From Candidatus Planktomarina antarctica (GTDB lineage: Bacteria; Pseudomonadota; Alphaproteobacteria; Rhodobacterales; Rhodobacteraceae): 64,000 nucleotides of DNA. This document shows, piece after piece, positions 50,130 to 60,392 of this stretch. The translations under genes were made by a program, and so were the position numbers. The stretch is from contig JARPSE010000001.1 of assembly GCA_029962705.1 (NCBI GenBank), positions 11,415-75,414 of the forward strand, read 5' to 3'. The notes under the pieces are model-generated. The model worked only from the letters and a program-made list of their open reading frames with translations, ran no database searches and was not told the DNA's origin. How positions within the stretch are numbered: position 1 is the first letter of the stretch; each line of letters begins with the position of its first letter.

Positions 50130-50900
50130 TCAGCCCCGTACCATGCGAAAAACTGCCGCAGCGGCCCAGCCAGCAAAGATCGCAATTGCCAATGACAACA
50201 GACCGTAGACCACTGGTCTTTGGTGGGCTAGATTGTACAACCAGCGTTCGATGCCGACTTTGCGCACATCAATCGCAGTTTGGTGTTGGGATATTACATC
50301 TCCGTCTCGCATGAGAAAAATTCGTGCCGTGTAGGTACCCTCAACCAAATTAGCAGGCAGGGATACTGACGTTGAAAATAGGGTTTGGTCTTGCAAAGTC
50401 ACCGCACCAGACAAAGTTTGATATAGGCCATCACTTTCACGCACACGGACTAAAGCTTCGGTAAAATCTTCAGGATTTTCAATGGCGAGTGGGCCGCTAA
50501 CAGCCCGGATCAGCTGTCGGACTGAAATTTGATGCCAGAGATCCGAGGCATTACTAACCACCTGCTCAAACGGCCTAGTGGTCGCCACAGCATAAAAGCT
50601 AGGAGCCAAGTCCACCTCGAGCGCATCCACATTCACCCAAATACCAAAGCGCTTGTCTTTCCGGCGAACGGTGACAGGGGTACGCGGACTGGCTATAGTT
50701 ACAACAACGTCTAGATCACCCTCTGAGCTCTCTTCACTTTGATGTTTCAGGGCTCCAAACACTAATATTTCAGAACCATCAAAGAATGCCGTTATCCCAA
50801 TTTCTTGTTTTGACAGGCCAAGCACAATATCCTGGGCGGAAGCATGCCCTATCCATGACAGCATTGTAATGACAACAAAGGCATAAAGGTTCCGCATCAA
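50130..50900 (-). CDS. TIGR02186 (Alph_Pro_TM) family membrane-anchored protein
   Basis: 256 aa with a signal peptide, a periplasmic body and a single C-terminal TM segment. It overlaps the upstream TauE gene by 4 nt, which is the known conserved pairing. Confidence 0.72.
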   Translation of the reverse strand: MMRNLYAFVVITMLSWIGHASAQDIVLGLSKQEIGITAFFDGSEILVFGALKHQSEESSEGDLDVVVTIASPRTPVTVRRKDKRFGIWVNVDALEVDLAPSFYAVATTRPFEQVVSNASDLWHQISVRQLIRAVSGPLAIENPEDFTEALVRVRESDGLYQTLSGAVTLQDQTLFSTSVSLPANLVEGTYTARIFLMRDGDVISQHQTAIDVRKVGIERWLYNLAHQRPVVYGLLSLAIAIFAGWAAAAVFRMVRG

Positions 50901-51814
50901 TGGCCCCCTGCTACGCCGAGGTTGAACAGTTCAGAGGGTTGGACTATCAGGTCAAAGCCAAGCTTGGCACATACTAATAATACCATGATAGCTAGCAAAA
51001 TTCGCAACTGCTCTGCCTTAAGTTTTGCACCAAGCATGGTGCCAAATTGCGCGCCAATCACCCCACCCACAAGCAAGAGTACAGCTAGAACCATATCTAC
51101 CGTATAATTGGTGGTTGCGTGCAACATTGTCGTGAATGCAGTCACAAAAATAATTTGAAATAGTGAAGTTCCCACGACTACTTTGGTCGGCATGCCCAAC
51201 AGGTAAATCATAGCTGGAACCATAACAAAGCCACCCCCAACCCCCATGATAGCTGCCAAAATACCTACTAAAATGCCAATCAGCACCGGAGGAATTGCGG
51301 ATATATAAAGACCAGAAACACGAAACCTTACTTTCAATGGCAAGGCATGAACCCAAGTGCGCTTCTTACGAGACTTTGATGGCAAAGCATGCTTCGATTT
51401 ACGCAAAGCTCGCAGACTTTCTGTAAACATCAAACTTCCTACAATGCCCAGAAATACAACGTAGCAGAGCTTAACTAGCAGATCGACCTGGCCTAGGTCT
51501 TTCAGGTAGTTGAAAATGAACACACCAACGCCAGCGCCGATCAAGCCTCCAATTAAAAGTACGCCACCCATTTTAAAATCGACATTTCGTCTCTTCACAT
51601 GGGCTAAAACACCTGAGAAAGATGAGGCAACGATCTGGTTAGCTTCTGTAGCCACAGCAACAGCAGGCGGAATACCGATAAAGAATAAGAGCGGTGTCAT
51701 CAAAAAACCACCACCCACACCAAACATTCCAGACAACACACCAACTAAGCCACCAAGACCCAAAAGGACAAAGGCATTTACCGATACTTCAGCAATAGGG
51801 AGATAAATGTACAT
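50897..51814 (-). CDS. Sulfite exporter TauE/SafE family (DUF81) membrane protein
   Basis: Polytopic, with duplicated GxGGG motifs (GMFGVGGGFLMTP, IMGVGGGFVMVP). The preferred start is the ATG at 51814 (MYIYLPIAEVSVN). Confidence 0.85.
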   Translation of the reverse strand: MYIYLPIAEVSVNAFVLLGLGGLVGVLSGMFGVGGGFLMTPLLFFIGIPPAVAVATEANQIVASSFSGVLAHVKRRNVDFKMGGVLLIGGLIGAGVGVFIFNYLKDLGQVDLLVKLCYVVFLGIVGSLMFTESLRALRKSKHALPSKSRKKRTWVHALPLKVRFRVSGLYISAIPPVLIGILVGILAAIMGVGGGFVMVPAMIYLLGMPTKVVVGTSLFQIIFVTAFTTMLHATTNYTVDMVLAVLLLVGGVIGAQFGTMLGAKLKAEQLRILLAIMVLLVCAKLGFDLIVQPSELFNLGVAGGH

Positions 51815-51921
51815 ATCGCCGCATAGCGCCATCACTGCATTCCAGCAAGAGCTGGAGAAAAATTCCTAAGGATTCACTACGACAAAGGCTGTTTGGCCCT
51901 ATATCCAGCCTTATTCTGGCC

Positions 51922-53061
51922 TTATTTTTCTTTTACATAAGGAACGCCACCAGAGCGTGGAGGAATCGCTTTACCAACAAATCCCGCCAAAACTACCACT
52001 GTTAAGATGTAGGGAAGTGATTGGATGAATACGACTGGGATCTTAATTTGCGTGCTCATACCAGCGCTCCATACGCTAATCACGATCAAGATAGACACGA
52101 ATGCAACTCCAAAACCAAGCCCGCCAAGTACAATTTTATCAAGGAGATCTTTACGCCAAACATAACTCACCAGCCCCAATGCAGTGAGTAGGAGAACTCC
52201 ACTCAAAGACCAGGCAGGTAATAGAATATTTTGGAACCGGTTATCTACCGCAAAGAAAAAACCAAACAAAAGACAGGCTCCCAGCGCATACCAAGGTCGC
52301 CATTTAGCAAAGATTAATGCCGCCAACGCAATGAACCCTCGCCCTGCTGACATATCTTTCGTGAAATTGGCTTGTAAAGCGGTAGCGATATACGCACCGG
52401 CAATACCACATAATACCCCACAGATAATAACTGCCGCATAACGCATCCCAACAACAGATATACCAGCTGTATCAACCGCTGCAGGGTTTTCACCCACTGC
52501 GCGCAACCGCAGCCCAAAGCGCGTTTGATAGAGCACAAACCATGACAGCGGAACTGTGAGCAAAGCCACATAAACTAAAAGAGAATGGCCTGATAATAGT
52601 TCAGAGTATAACTGCATGACCGGCCCAACATCAGCCATCTCCTTGGATGGAATAGCACCAGGAAAGTTTATTGGCTCAAATCGCCCACCAGATTGTAAGG
52701 GCGGTGTTCTTCCACCTTGACCAAACCAAGCCTGCGCTACCACCACAGTGAGGCCAGCAGCTAAAAAGTTTATCGCCACACCAGAAATAATTTGGTCCCC
52801 CCTTAGGGTAATGGAGGCCAATCCGTGAATTGCGGACAACATAACCGAAGCCCCAATCCCCGCCAATAGCCCCACCCAAACTGATCCGGTCGTATAGGCA
52901 ACTGCAGCTGACACAAAAGCAGAAGCCAGTATTTTGCCCTCAAGACCAATATCAAAAATTCCAGCACGTTCTGAAAATAATCCTGCCAGACATGCTAGCA
53001 ATAGAGGTGTCGCCAAGCGCAGAGAGCTATCAAGGACTTGAAGAAGAGTAAGGAAATCCAT
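51922..53061 (-). CDS. ABC transporter permease (BMP/nucleoside-type system 2)
   Basis: 379-aa polytopic membrane protein, last gene of the SBP-ATPase-permease-permease operon. Confidence 0.88.
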   Translation of the reverse strand: MDFLTLLQVLDSSLRLATPLLLACLAGLFSERAGIFDIGLEGKILASAFVSAAVAYTTGSVWVGLLAGIGASVMLSAIHGLASITLRGDQIISGVAINFLAAGLTVVVAQAWFGQGGRTPPLQSGGRFEPINFPGAIPSKEMADVGPVMQLYSELLSGHSLLVYVALLTVPLSWFVLYQTRFGLRLRAVGENPAAVDTAGISVVGMRYAAVIICGVLCGIAGAYIATALQANFTKDMSAGRGFIALAALIFAKWRPWYALGACLLFGFFFAVDNRFQNILLPAWSLSGVLLLTALGLVSYVWRKDLLDKIVLGGLGFGVAFVSILIVISVWSAGMSTQIKIPVVFIQSLPYILTVVVLAGFVGKAIPPRSGGVPYVKEK

Positions 53062-53065
53062 TTTC

Positions 53066-54157
53066 TTACCCCCTCCAAGCCATTAGAAACAGTCGCTCAA
53101 GTGGCGCACGAACCATCATGGTAAGAGCCCCAGTAAATAGTATCACCAACGCTTGAATAACAATGATGAGTTCACGCGGTATTTTAGTCCAGAGAGCTAA
53201 CTCAGCCCCACCTTGATAGAGAAAGCCAAACAGGAGTGCTGCTAATAATACTCCAAGTGGGTGGCTCCGCCCCATTAGTGCAACTGCAATCCCTATAAAT
53301 CCTGCACCTTCGGTGAAGTTTAAAATAAGGCGCTCACTCTCTCCCTGCGTGGTGTTTATTGCCATTAATCCGCAAAGGGCACCAGAAATCATCATTGTAA
53401 TCATAATAATCTTGACAGAGCCCACACCTGCGTAGCGTGCAGCTGGCCCAGACTTACCCAAAGCACGAATCTCATAACCCAATGGGGACCGCCAGATTAA
53501 GTACCAAACGGCGACGCAGGCCATAAGGGCAATAAAAAAACTTACATTTGCCGGTGCCGACCGAAACATTTTTTCGAAACCTAAGAGCTGCGCCATATCT
53601 TCAAATGTCGGCAAATGCGTGCTGGCCGGGAAGTTTGCTGTTGCGGGATCCATACTTCCCTTAGGCTTAAGGGCGCCAACAAGGAAAAAGTTCAAAACAC
53701 CAGCTGCAATAAAATTAAACATGATGGTGGTAATTACAATGTGGCTACCTCTCTTGGCTTGCAGGTACGCAGGTAAACCAGCCCAAATCATCCCAAACAC
53801 AGCTGCACCTACTGATGCCCCAATAATGGCGAGGCTCCAATGCGGCCAGGGGATAAAAAGGCAAACGAGGGACACTCCCAAGCCACCCATCATTGCTTGG
53901 CCCTCACCCCCAATATTAAATAATGAGGCATGAAAAGCGATTGAGACAGCGAGCCCAGTAAAAATAAAATTTGTAGTATAGTATAGCATATATCCCCAGC
54001 CCGCTGAACGTAACAAAGTACCTTCAACCATAAGCTTAAGTGCTTCACCGGGACTTTCCCCAATCGCTAATATCAGTAGGGCGGATAAAAACGCTGCCAA
54101 TACGAGAGAAAAAAGGGGAACGAGGACCACATCAGCCCATTTTGGCATCACATCCAT
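53066..54157 (-). CDS. ABC transporter permease (BMP/nucleoside-type system 2)
   Basis: 363-aa polytopic membrane protein. Confidence 0.88.
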   Translation of the reverse strand: MDVMPKWADVVLVPLFSLVLAAFLSALLILAIGESPGEALKLMVEGTLLRSAGWGYMLYYTTNFIFTGLAVSIAFHASLFNIGGEGQAMMGGLGVSLVCLFIPWPHWSLAIIGASVGAAVFGMIWAGLPAYLQAKRGSHIVITTIMFNFIAAGVLNFFLVGALKPKGSMDPATANFPASTHLPTFEDMAQLLGFEKMFRSAPANVSFFIALMACVAVWYLIWRSPLGYEIRALGKSGPAARYAGVGSVKIIMITMMISGALCGLMAINTTQGESERLILNFTEGAGFIGIAVALMGRSHPLGVLLAALLFGFLYQGGAELALWTKIPRELIIVIQALVILFTGALTMMVRAPLERLFLMAWRG

Positions 54158-54197
54158 TAGAGCGCTCCAAACATTTTACTGAAAAAATGGGTTAGGT

Positions 54198-55736
54198 TCA
54201 TTTTTTAGCCTCACTGATGACACCTGCCATTAATAGGCCTAGCTCTTTTTCATTTGTTTTTGAGGGATCGCGTTCGCCCATAATATGACCATCAAACATT
54301 ACTGCAACCCTGTCCGACAAGGATAAAATCTCATCTAATTCTACTGAAATAAGTAAGATTGCTTTACCCCGATCACGCAACGCAACAATTTGTTTGTGGA
54401 TGAATTCAATCGCACCAATATCAACGCCACGAGTAGGCTGACCAACTAAAAGCAAATCAGGATTACGTTCTATCTCGCGTGCCAAAACAATTTTTTGCTG
54501 ATTGCCGCCTGAAAAGTTCTTAGCTGTCAAATTTGGATTTGGCGGCCTTACGTCGAAGCGAGCCATTTTGGCCGCAGTTTCTTCACGGATCGCAGCATTA
54601 TTCATCAAAAAGCGATTTAATTGGTGATCGGGGTCCCGATGATAGCCAAAAATTGCATTTTCCCAAGCCGTGAAATCCATAATCAAACCCTCACGCTGGC
54701 GATCTTCTGGGACGTGGGCAATTCCTCTCGCCCGGCGCGATTGGCCATCGCTAGACGAGCCCGTCAAATCGATCTCTGACCCGTTAACACGGATGGACCC
54801 AGTGGCAGATTGGTAGCCACCCAAAACCTCCAGGAGCTCAGACTGGCCGTTTCCAGCAACGCCAGCAATCCCCAAAATTTCGCCAGCGCGCACATTTAGG
54901 TTTACATTTTTCAACCTAAGCACCCCAGCCTCATCAACTACGTTTAATCCGGATACTTCTAGCACCTGATGCTTGGGCTGAGCCGGTGTTTTGTCTACAC
55001 GCAGTAAAACTTTTCGGCCAACCATCAGTTCAGCTAAATTCTCAGGGCTCGTTTCACTGGTTTCTACAGTTGCAGTCATCTCACCACGTCGCATTACGCT
55101 CACCGTGTCCGTAATATCCATAATTTCACGTAATTTGTGCGTGATAAGAATAATGGTCTTACCTTCTTCACGAAGTCGACCAAGAATTCGGAACAGCTGC
55201 CCAGCCTCCGCCGGTGTAAGAACACCAGTGGGCTCATCCAAAATCAAGATATTGGCCTTGCGGTAGAGTGCCTTGAGAATTTCGACACGTTGCTGCATGC
55301 CAACACCAATTTCCTCAATTACGGCATCAGGATCAACGTTCAACTCATACTCCGCAGCCAATTCTGCGAGCTCAGCCCTTGCCTTACGCAACGATGGGGC
55401 TAGAAATTCGCCACTCTCCGCACCCAGCACAATATTTTCAAGAACTGTGAAGTTTTCAACTAATTTAAAATGCTGGAAGACCATCCCAATACCAGCAGAT
55501 ATTGCGGCCTGGCTATCCGGGATAAGTGTTTTTTGACCATCAATAAAAATCTCACCGGCATCGGCTTTGTAAAAGCCGTATAATATTGACATTAAAGTAG
55601 ACTTTCCCGCACCATTTTCTCCAATAATACCATGAATAGTTCCTGGCATTACACGGATAGAAATATCTTTGTTGGCCTGCACGGGACCAAAGGCTTTAGA
55701 AATACCTTTTAATTCAATAGATGGGTTATTGGTCAT
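54198..55736 (-). CDS. ABC transporter ATP-binding protein, duplicated ATPase (system 2)
   Basis: Walker A GENGAGKST and a second half carrying FSGGNQQK. The preferred start is the ATG at 55736 (MTNNPSIELKGISKAFG). Confidence 0.92.
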   Translation of the reverse strand: MTNNPSIELKGISKAFGPVQANKDISIRVMPGTIHGIIGENGAGKSTLMSILYGFYKADAGEIFIDGQKTLIPDSQAAISAGIGMVFQHFKLVENFTVLENIVLGAESGEFLAPSLRKARAELAELAAEYELNVDPDAVIEEIGVGMQQRVEILKALYRKANILILDEPTGVLTPAEAGQLFRILGRLREEGKTIILITHKLREIMDITDTVSVMRRGEMTATVETSETSPENLAELMVGRKVLLRVDKTPAQPKHQVLEVSGLNVVDEAGVLRLKNVNLNVRAGEILGIAGVAGNGQSELLEVLGGYQSATGSIRVNGSEIDLTGSSSDGQSRRARGIAHVPEDRQREGLIMDFTAWENAIFGYHRDPDHQLNRFLMNNAAIREETAAKMARFDVRPPNPNLTAKNFSGGNQQKIVLAREIERNPDLLLVGQPTRGVDIGAIEFIHKQIVALRDRGKAILLISVELDEILSLSDRVAVMFDGHIMGERDPSKTNEKELGLLMAGVISEAKK

Positions 55737-55810
55737 CAAAATGCCTTTAATTAAAAAGGGCCACACCAAAACCTTGGCACGGCCCCATAACTCAAGCCTA
55801 CGAGGCTAGC

Positions 55811-56794
55811 TTAGAAAGACACCGCTGGGCAGGTCTCATCGTCAGTGTAATTATGAACTGATAGAGAACCACTTGAGATTGCGGCCTCAGCCGACTCAAC
55901 TTTGGCTTGCATGTCACTACTTACCAAAGACGCATTGTGCTCATCCATTGCAAAGCCCACAGCACCCATAAAGTTACCAGTTTCGAGATTATTGCCCGCT
56001 GTAAAAGCTTCGTAAACAGCAATATCAACGCGCTTCAACATAGATGTCAAAACTTTACCAGGATGCAAATAGTTTTGATTGCTATCAACACCAATTGACA
56101 AAATACCTTCGTCAGCTGCGGTCTGCAATACACCAACGCCTGTTCCGCCAGCTGCAGCAAAAACAACATCAGCGCCTTGACTGATCTGCGCTTTTGTAAG
56201 CTCTGAGCCCTTTACCGGGTCATTCCAAGCTGCAGGTGTTGTCCCTGTCATATTAGCTATGACGGTTGCATTTGGATTAACCGCCTTAACGCCTTGTGCG
56301 TAGCCACAGCCGAAGCGGCGGATTAGTGGAATATCCATACCACCAACAAACCCAACAACGCCAGTTTCAGACGCTTGAGCAGCCATCATGCCCACGAGGT
56401 AAGAACCTTCATGCTCATTAAAGCCAATACCACGCACGTTGGGCATGCTTAGCCAATTTACGTCGATAACAGCAAACTTAGTGTCTGGGTAGTCTGGCGC
56501 TACTTTGCTCAGCGCGTCAGCAAAGGCAAAACCGGCCATTACTATTGGATTTGAACCGGCTTCAGCAAAGCGACGCAAAGCCTGCTCCCGCTGAGCTTCA
56601 TTTTGAAGTTCAATTTCACGGAACGAACCGCCAGTTTCATCAGCCCAGCGCTCTGCTCCTTTAAAGGCAGCCTCGTTGAATGATTTGTCAAATTTTCCGC
56701 CAAGGTCAAAAATGATAGCAGGGTCAGCAAGCGCAGCCGTAGTCGTAAGCGCTAAAGCAGCTACGCTGCCTAAAATAGATTTCATAAAGCTCAT
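55811..56794 (-). CDS. BMP-family ABC transporter substrate-binding protein (system 2)
   Basis: Signal peptide followed by IIFDLGGKFDKSFNEAAFKGAERW..., a classic Bmp/PnrA pattern. Confidence 0.9.
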   Translation of the reverse strand: MSFMKSILGSVAALALTTTAALADPAIIFDLGGKFDKSFNEAAFKGAERWADETGGSFREIELQNEAQREQALRRFAEAGSNPIVMAGFAFADALSKVAPDYPDTKFAVIDVNWLSMPNVRGIGFNEHEGSYLVGMMAAQASETGVVGFVGGMDIPLIRRFGCGYAQGVKAVNPNATVIANMTGTTPAAWNDPVKGSELTKAQISQGADVVFAAAGGTGVGVLQTAADEGILSIGVDSNQNYLHPGKVLTSMLKRVDIAVYEAFTAGNNLETGNFMGAVGFAMDEHNASLVSSDMQAKVESAEAAISSGSLSVHNYTDDETCPAVSF

Positions 56795-56978
56795 TAGAGT
56801 CTCCCGTTAATAACTAAAGCTCAGCGGAGAGAATCTCTCTACGCACATGCGAGCAGATCAGACGATCATGTCTAAACTAGCCCACTCTGCCAAGCTCGGA
56901 TCAATAGAAAAGTAAAAAAAAACTAATATTTTAAAAAATTTAGACCCAAAATCAGCATAAAACTTTTAATTAATATAC

Positions 56979-57410
56979 TCAAATTAATGACTTACGTAAA
57001 ATTAGCGCATCTACAGAAGGACCACCTTTACGATCATAATATCGCTTACGAAGCCCCACTTGTGCAAAACCTAGGCTATTATACAGCGAAATTGCCGGGT
57101 TGTTGTTGGATCCGACCTCTAAAAAACCCCAAAGTCCACCATTACAGGCAGCCTTGTCCAGTAGTTTAGCCACCACTGCCCGCCCATACCCTTGTTTTTG
57201 ATGGGAAGGAGCACAAGCCACAGTTAAAACTTCCAACTCGTCAACAACCAAGCGCCCCAAAGCAAAACAATGAGATTGAGATATTACAAAAACGCCAGAC
57301 TGCTCCATCAAAGTCTCAAATTCTATAGCACTCCATGAACGTTCTGTCGTAAAAGCCTGATAGTGAATTTGGGCTAGGTCAGCCGAAGTTAAGCTTGGCT
57401 CACGCTGCAA
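56979..57410 (-). CDS. rimI: GNAT family N-acetyltransferase (RimI-like)
   Basis: Acetyl-CoA motif (HQKQGYGRAVVAKLL) and an Acetyltransf_1 pattern. The start is uncertain: there is no ATG after the nfu stop, and TTG 57410 is a candidate. The ORF-track start at 57461 lies inside the nfu gene. Confidence 0.72.
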   Translation of the reverse strand: MQREPSLTSADLAQIHYQAFTTERSWSAIEFETLMEQSGVFVISQSHCFALGRLVVDELEVLTVACAPSHQKQGYGRAVVAKLLDKAACNGGLWGFLEVGSNNNPAISLYNSLGFAQVGLRKRYYDRKGGPSVDALILRKSLI

Positions 57411-57963
57411 CTGGGCGGACTTCAACCACTTCAGGGATATAATGACGCAGTAGATTCTCAATGCCCATTTTGAGCGTTAGAGTCGACGAAGGGCAGCCTG
57501 CGCAGGCGCCTTTCATATGTAAATAGACAATACCTCGGTCAAAGCCGTGGAAGGTTATATCACCACCATCTTGCGCCACAGCGGGGCGAACGCGAGTATC
57601 CAAAAGTTCTTTAATTTGGACAACGATAGATTCGTCAGCCGCATCGTAATCACCTTCCGCAACAGAAGCAGTTTGGCCATCAGACAGTACAGGTGCACCG
57701 GACTGAAAATGTTCCATAATGGCACCCAGCAATGCAGGTTTAATATGATCCCAATCCACAGTATCAGTTTTGGTTACAGTAACAAAATCAGAACCCAAAA
57801 ACACACCAGCGGTTCCTTCCACCGCGAAAATTCGCTCGGCAAGTGGGCTGGCAGAGGCGCCATCCGCCGAAGGAAAATCTGCCGTGCCCATATCCATAAC
57901 AGATTGGCCAGGCAAAAACTTCAGAGTCGCAGGGTTGGGTGTACTTTCGGTTTGAATAAACAT
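57400..57963 (-). CDS. NifU/Nfu-type Fe-S cluster assembly protein (Nfu_N + NifU C-terminal domain)
   Basis: MFIQTESTPNPATLKFLPG start and a GACAGCPSS CxxC cluster-binding motif. Confidence 0.9.
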   Translation of the reverse strand: MFIQTESTPNPATLKFLPGQSVMDMGTADFPSADGASASPLAERIFAVEGTAGVFLGSDFVTVTKTDTVDWDHIKPALLGAIMEHFQSGAPVLSDGQTASVAEGDYDAADESIVVQIKELLDTRVRPAVAQDGGDITFHGFDRGIVYLHMKGACAGCPSSTLTLKMGIENLLRHYIPEVVEVRPVAA

Positions 57964-58062
57964 GGGAGCTATCTCCAGTTGGGGCTACTCAAATATGGGA
58001 TACAGACCGCACAATGTCAAGTTTTTAGAATAGTTCTAATTCAAAGGAGGTTGAACTCACAG

Positions 58063-58518
58063 CTAGCTGATAGCTTCCAGTTGTTCTTTGCTCAAGCTGC
58101 CAGGAACAATCACGATCGGCACTTCCAAACCACCCGATGATTTGGATAACTGAGTGACCAATGGCCCTGGACCTTTACGGTCATTCGCAGCCCCTAGTAC
58201 CAGAATATCAACTTCTGTGTCATCACGAATTTGGGACAGAATTTCTGCTACAATTTCACCCTCTCGGATCACAAGCTCAGGATCGACATTATGTTTATCA
58301 CGCATCCACTTGGCAAAGACCTCAAAATGAGCATTAATCCGATCACGGGCCTCTTCGCGCATAATTGCACCAACACCGATCCAGTGATTGAACTCCTCAG
58401 GAGGGATAACTGCCAAAACTTCGACCCGCGCGCCAGTATTCTCGGCGCGCATTGCCGCAAAGCGCATTGCGTTTAAACATTCTGTCGAGTTGTCCAGTAC
58501 AACCATAAATTTACGCAT
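58063..58518 (-). CDS. Universal stress protein (UspA family)
   Basis: The pattern MRKFMVVLDNS...ILVLGA...PIVIVPG is typical of the Usp fold. The ATG at 58518 is preferred. Confidence 0.8.
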   Translation of the reverse strand: MRKFMVVLDNSTECLNAMRFAAMRAENTGARVEVLAVIPPEEFNHWIGVGAIMREEARDRINAHFEVFAKWMRDKHNVDPELVIREGEIVAEILSQIRDDTEVDILVLGAANDRKGPGPLVTQLSKSSGGLEVPIVIVPGSLSKEQLEAIS

Positions 58519-58621
58519 AAAAAGCCCCCGTTCGATAAGTATCATGCCTGCAGCTTAATGTGCTCGCAACGTTTAAATCACATGAAGCAATAAATTGGCT
58601 TCTGATCACAAAAATCCTGCC

Positions 58622-59638
58622 CTAGCGTAACATACCAACAATATCATAAGTTTTTTGTAAGATTGGAGCAGCCAAGGCCTTTCCCCGTTCAGCTCCACGC
58701 GCCAAAATGCGGTCAATCTCGGCAGGATCTTGCATCAATCGTGACATTTCTGTGGAGATTGGCGCAAGCTTCGCCACTGCCAAATCCGCAAGCTTGGGCT
58801 TAAAGGCCCCAAATTGCTGCCCTGCAAATTCATTAATCACTGCCTGCACAGTCATTTCATTCAATGAGGCATAGATATTAATCAAATTACGAGCCTCAGG
58901 ACGACCATTTAAGTCCTCCAGATTATCAGGCAACGGATCCATATCAGTTTTAGCCTTCTTGATCTTCTTTACCAAAGTCTCAGCATCATCTGTCATATTC
59001 AAGCGGCTCATATCGCTAGAATCTGATTTGGACATTTTTTTAGTACCATCGCGCAGGCTCATTACCCGAGTAGCCGCACCCTCAATTACGGGTTCTGGAA
59101 TGGGGAAAAAATCCACACCAAAATCATTGTTAAACTTCACCGCAATATCTCGCGTCAGCTCAAGATGTTGCTTTTGATCTTCGCCTACAGGCACATGTGT
59201 CGCGTGATAAATTAAAATGTCAGCGGCCATCAGTGCCGGATAGCCAAATAAGCCAAGCGAAGCGTTTTCGCTGTTCTTACCAGCTTTGTCCTTCCACTGG
59301 GTCATCCGCTTCATCCAGCCCATGCGGGCAACACAGTTAAAGATCCAGCCCAGCTGCGCATGCTCTGGCACTTGGCTTTGGTTGAACAAAATAGATTTCT
59401 CAGGATCAATGCCTGCTGCAATAAAACCCGCACAAAGTTCACGGGTGTTGCGCCGCAAATCTTCAGGGTTTTGCCACACCGTGATCGCATGCAAATCAAC
59501 CATACAATAGACTGTTTCAAAACCACCATCAGCCTGCATATCCACAAAACGCTTCATCGCACCAAGATAATTTCCAAGCGTCAACCCACCAGATGGTTGG
59601 ATGCCGGAAAAGACGCGTGGAGTAAAATTTTGTGTCAT
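58622..59638 (-). CDS. trpS: Tryptophan--tRNA ligase
   Basis: Class I aaRS with a [16 protein letters not shown] (HIGH-region variant) motif and KMSKS. The start is the ATG at 59638 ([12 protein letters not shown]), not the ORF-track start at 59740. Confidence 0.95.
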   Translation of the reverse strand: MTQNFTPRVFSGIQPSGGLTLGNYLGAMKRFVDMQADGGFETVYCMVDLHAITVWQNPEDLRRNTRELCAGFIAAGIDPEKSILFNQSQVPEHAQLGWIFNCVARMGWMKRMTQWKDKAGKNSENASLGLFGYPALMAADILIYHATHVPVGEDQKQHLELTRDIAVKFNNDFGVDFFPIPEPVIEGAATRVMSLRDGTKKMSKSDSSDMSRLNMTDDAETLVKKIKKAKTDMDPLPDNLEDLNGRPEARNLINIYASLNEMTVQAVINEFAGQQFGAFKPKLADLAVAKLAPISTEMSRLMQDPAEIDRILARGAERGKALAAPILQKTYDIVGMLR

Positions 59639-59711
59639 AGCAGCCTCAGCTCTGGAATTCGTTAACTGCATCGCATACTCAGCAAGGCCTAAGCCGTCAA
59701 GGAAACAAGCC

Positions 59712-60392
59712 ATGTCTGACTCGCCTACCCCAGCCGTCAATCCACTTCCACCTGCGGTGATTGTCCTATTTTTGATCGTTGTCCTGAGTGAAATCTATAT
59801 CGCCGGAGCCGAAGCACGCCTTTGGGGTAGCATTGATGCGCGCATAGGATTAATCCGCCAATTTTCCTTTATGCCAGAGGGCTTTGAGCGCGCAATATCA
59901 GCAGGTTTGTGGATTCCTGAGCTGTTCTGGCGAATGCTGACCTATCCATTTGTGCATGGTTCCCTGATGCAGGGTATTTTTGCCAGCGTGTTCGTTTTAG
60001 CACTGGGGAAATTTGTCGGTGAAGTCCTAGGAAATGTTGCAGTGGTTGCAATATTCTTCTCTTCTGCGATTTTTGCGGCTTTAGGTTTCGTACTATTCGC
60101 TAATTCAAATTTTCCACTTTTTGGCGGTTTCCCCGCAGCTTACGGACTTATTGGTGCCTTTAGTTTTGTACTGTTCAGCCGCTCAGAAGGGCTGTTGAGC
60201 CAACAGCTTATGGCATTTCGGTTGCTTGGTATTTTGATGGCAATCAACATCAGCTTTTCCCTTCTTCAAGAAGGACCACCTATTTGGATTGCAGAGTTTT
60301 GTGGGGCCGTCACAGGGTTTATCTCCGCAGCCATCATTCACCCAGGCGGAATTCGTGTCATAATAAGCAAATTTCGTCGTGGTTTAGATTAG
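59712..60392 (+). CDS. Rhomboid-fold membrane protein lacking the catalytic residues (putative pseudoprotease)
   Basis: [20 protein letters not shown] aligns with Glp[30 protein letters not shown] sits in place of FGGLSGVVYAL. The start is the ATG at 59712, preceded by GGAA. Confidence 0.7.
   Translation: MSDSPTPAVNPLPPAVIVLFLIVVLSEIYIAGAEARLWGSIDARIGLIRQFSFMPEGFERAISAGLWIPELFWRMLTYPFVHGSLMQGIFASVFVLALGKFVGEVLGNVAVVAIFFSSAIFAALGFVLFANSNFPLFGGFPAAYGLIGAFSFVLFSRSEGLLSQQLMAFRLLGILMAINISFSLLQEGPPIWIAEFCGAVTGFISAAIIHPGGIRVIISKFRRGLD

Noticed and set aside
57547-58140. 197-aa plus-strand ORF.
   Set aside because: It is antisense to the clearly real Nfu/NifU gene. Its composition is His/Arg-rich and not protein-like.
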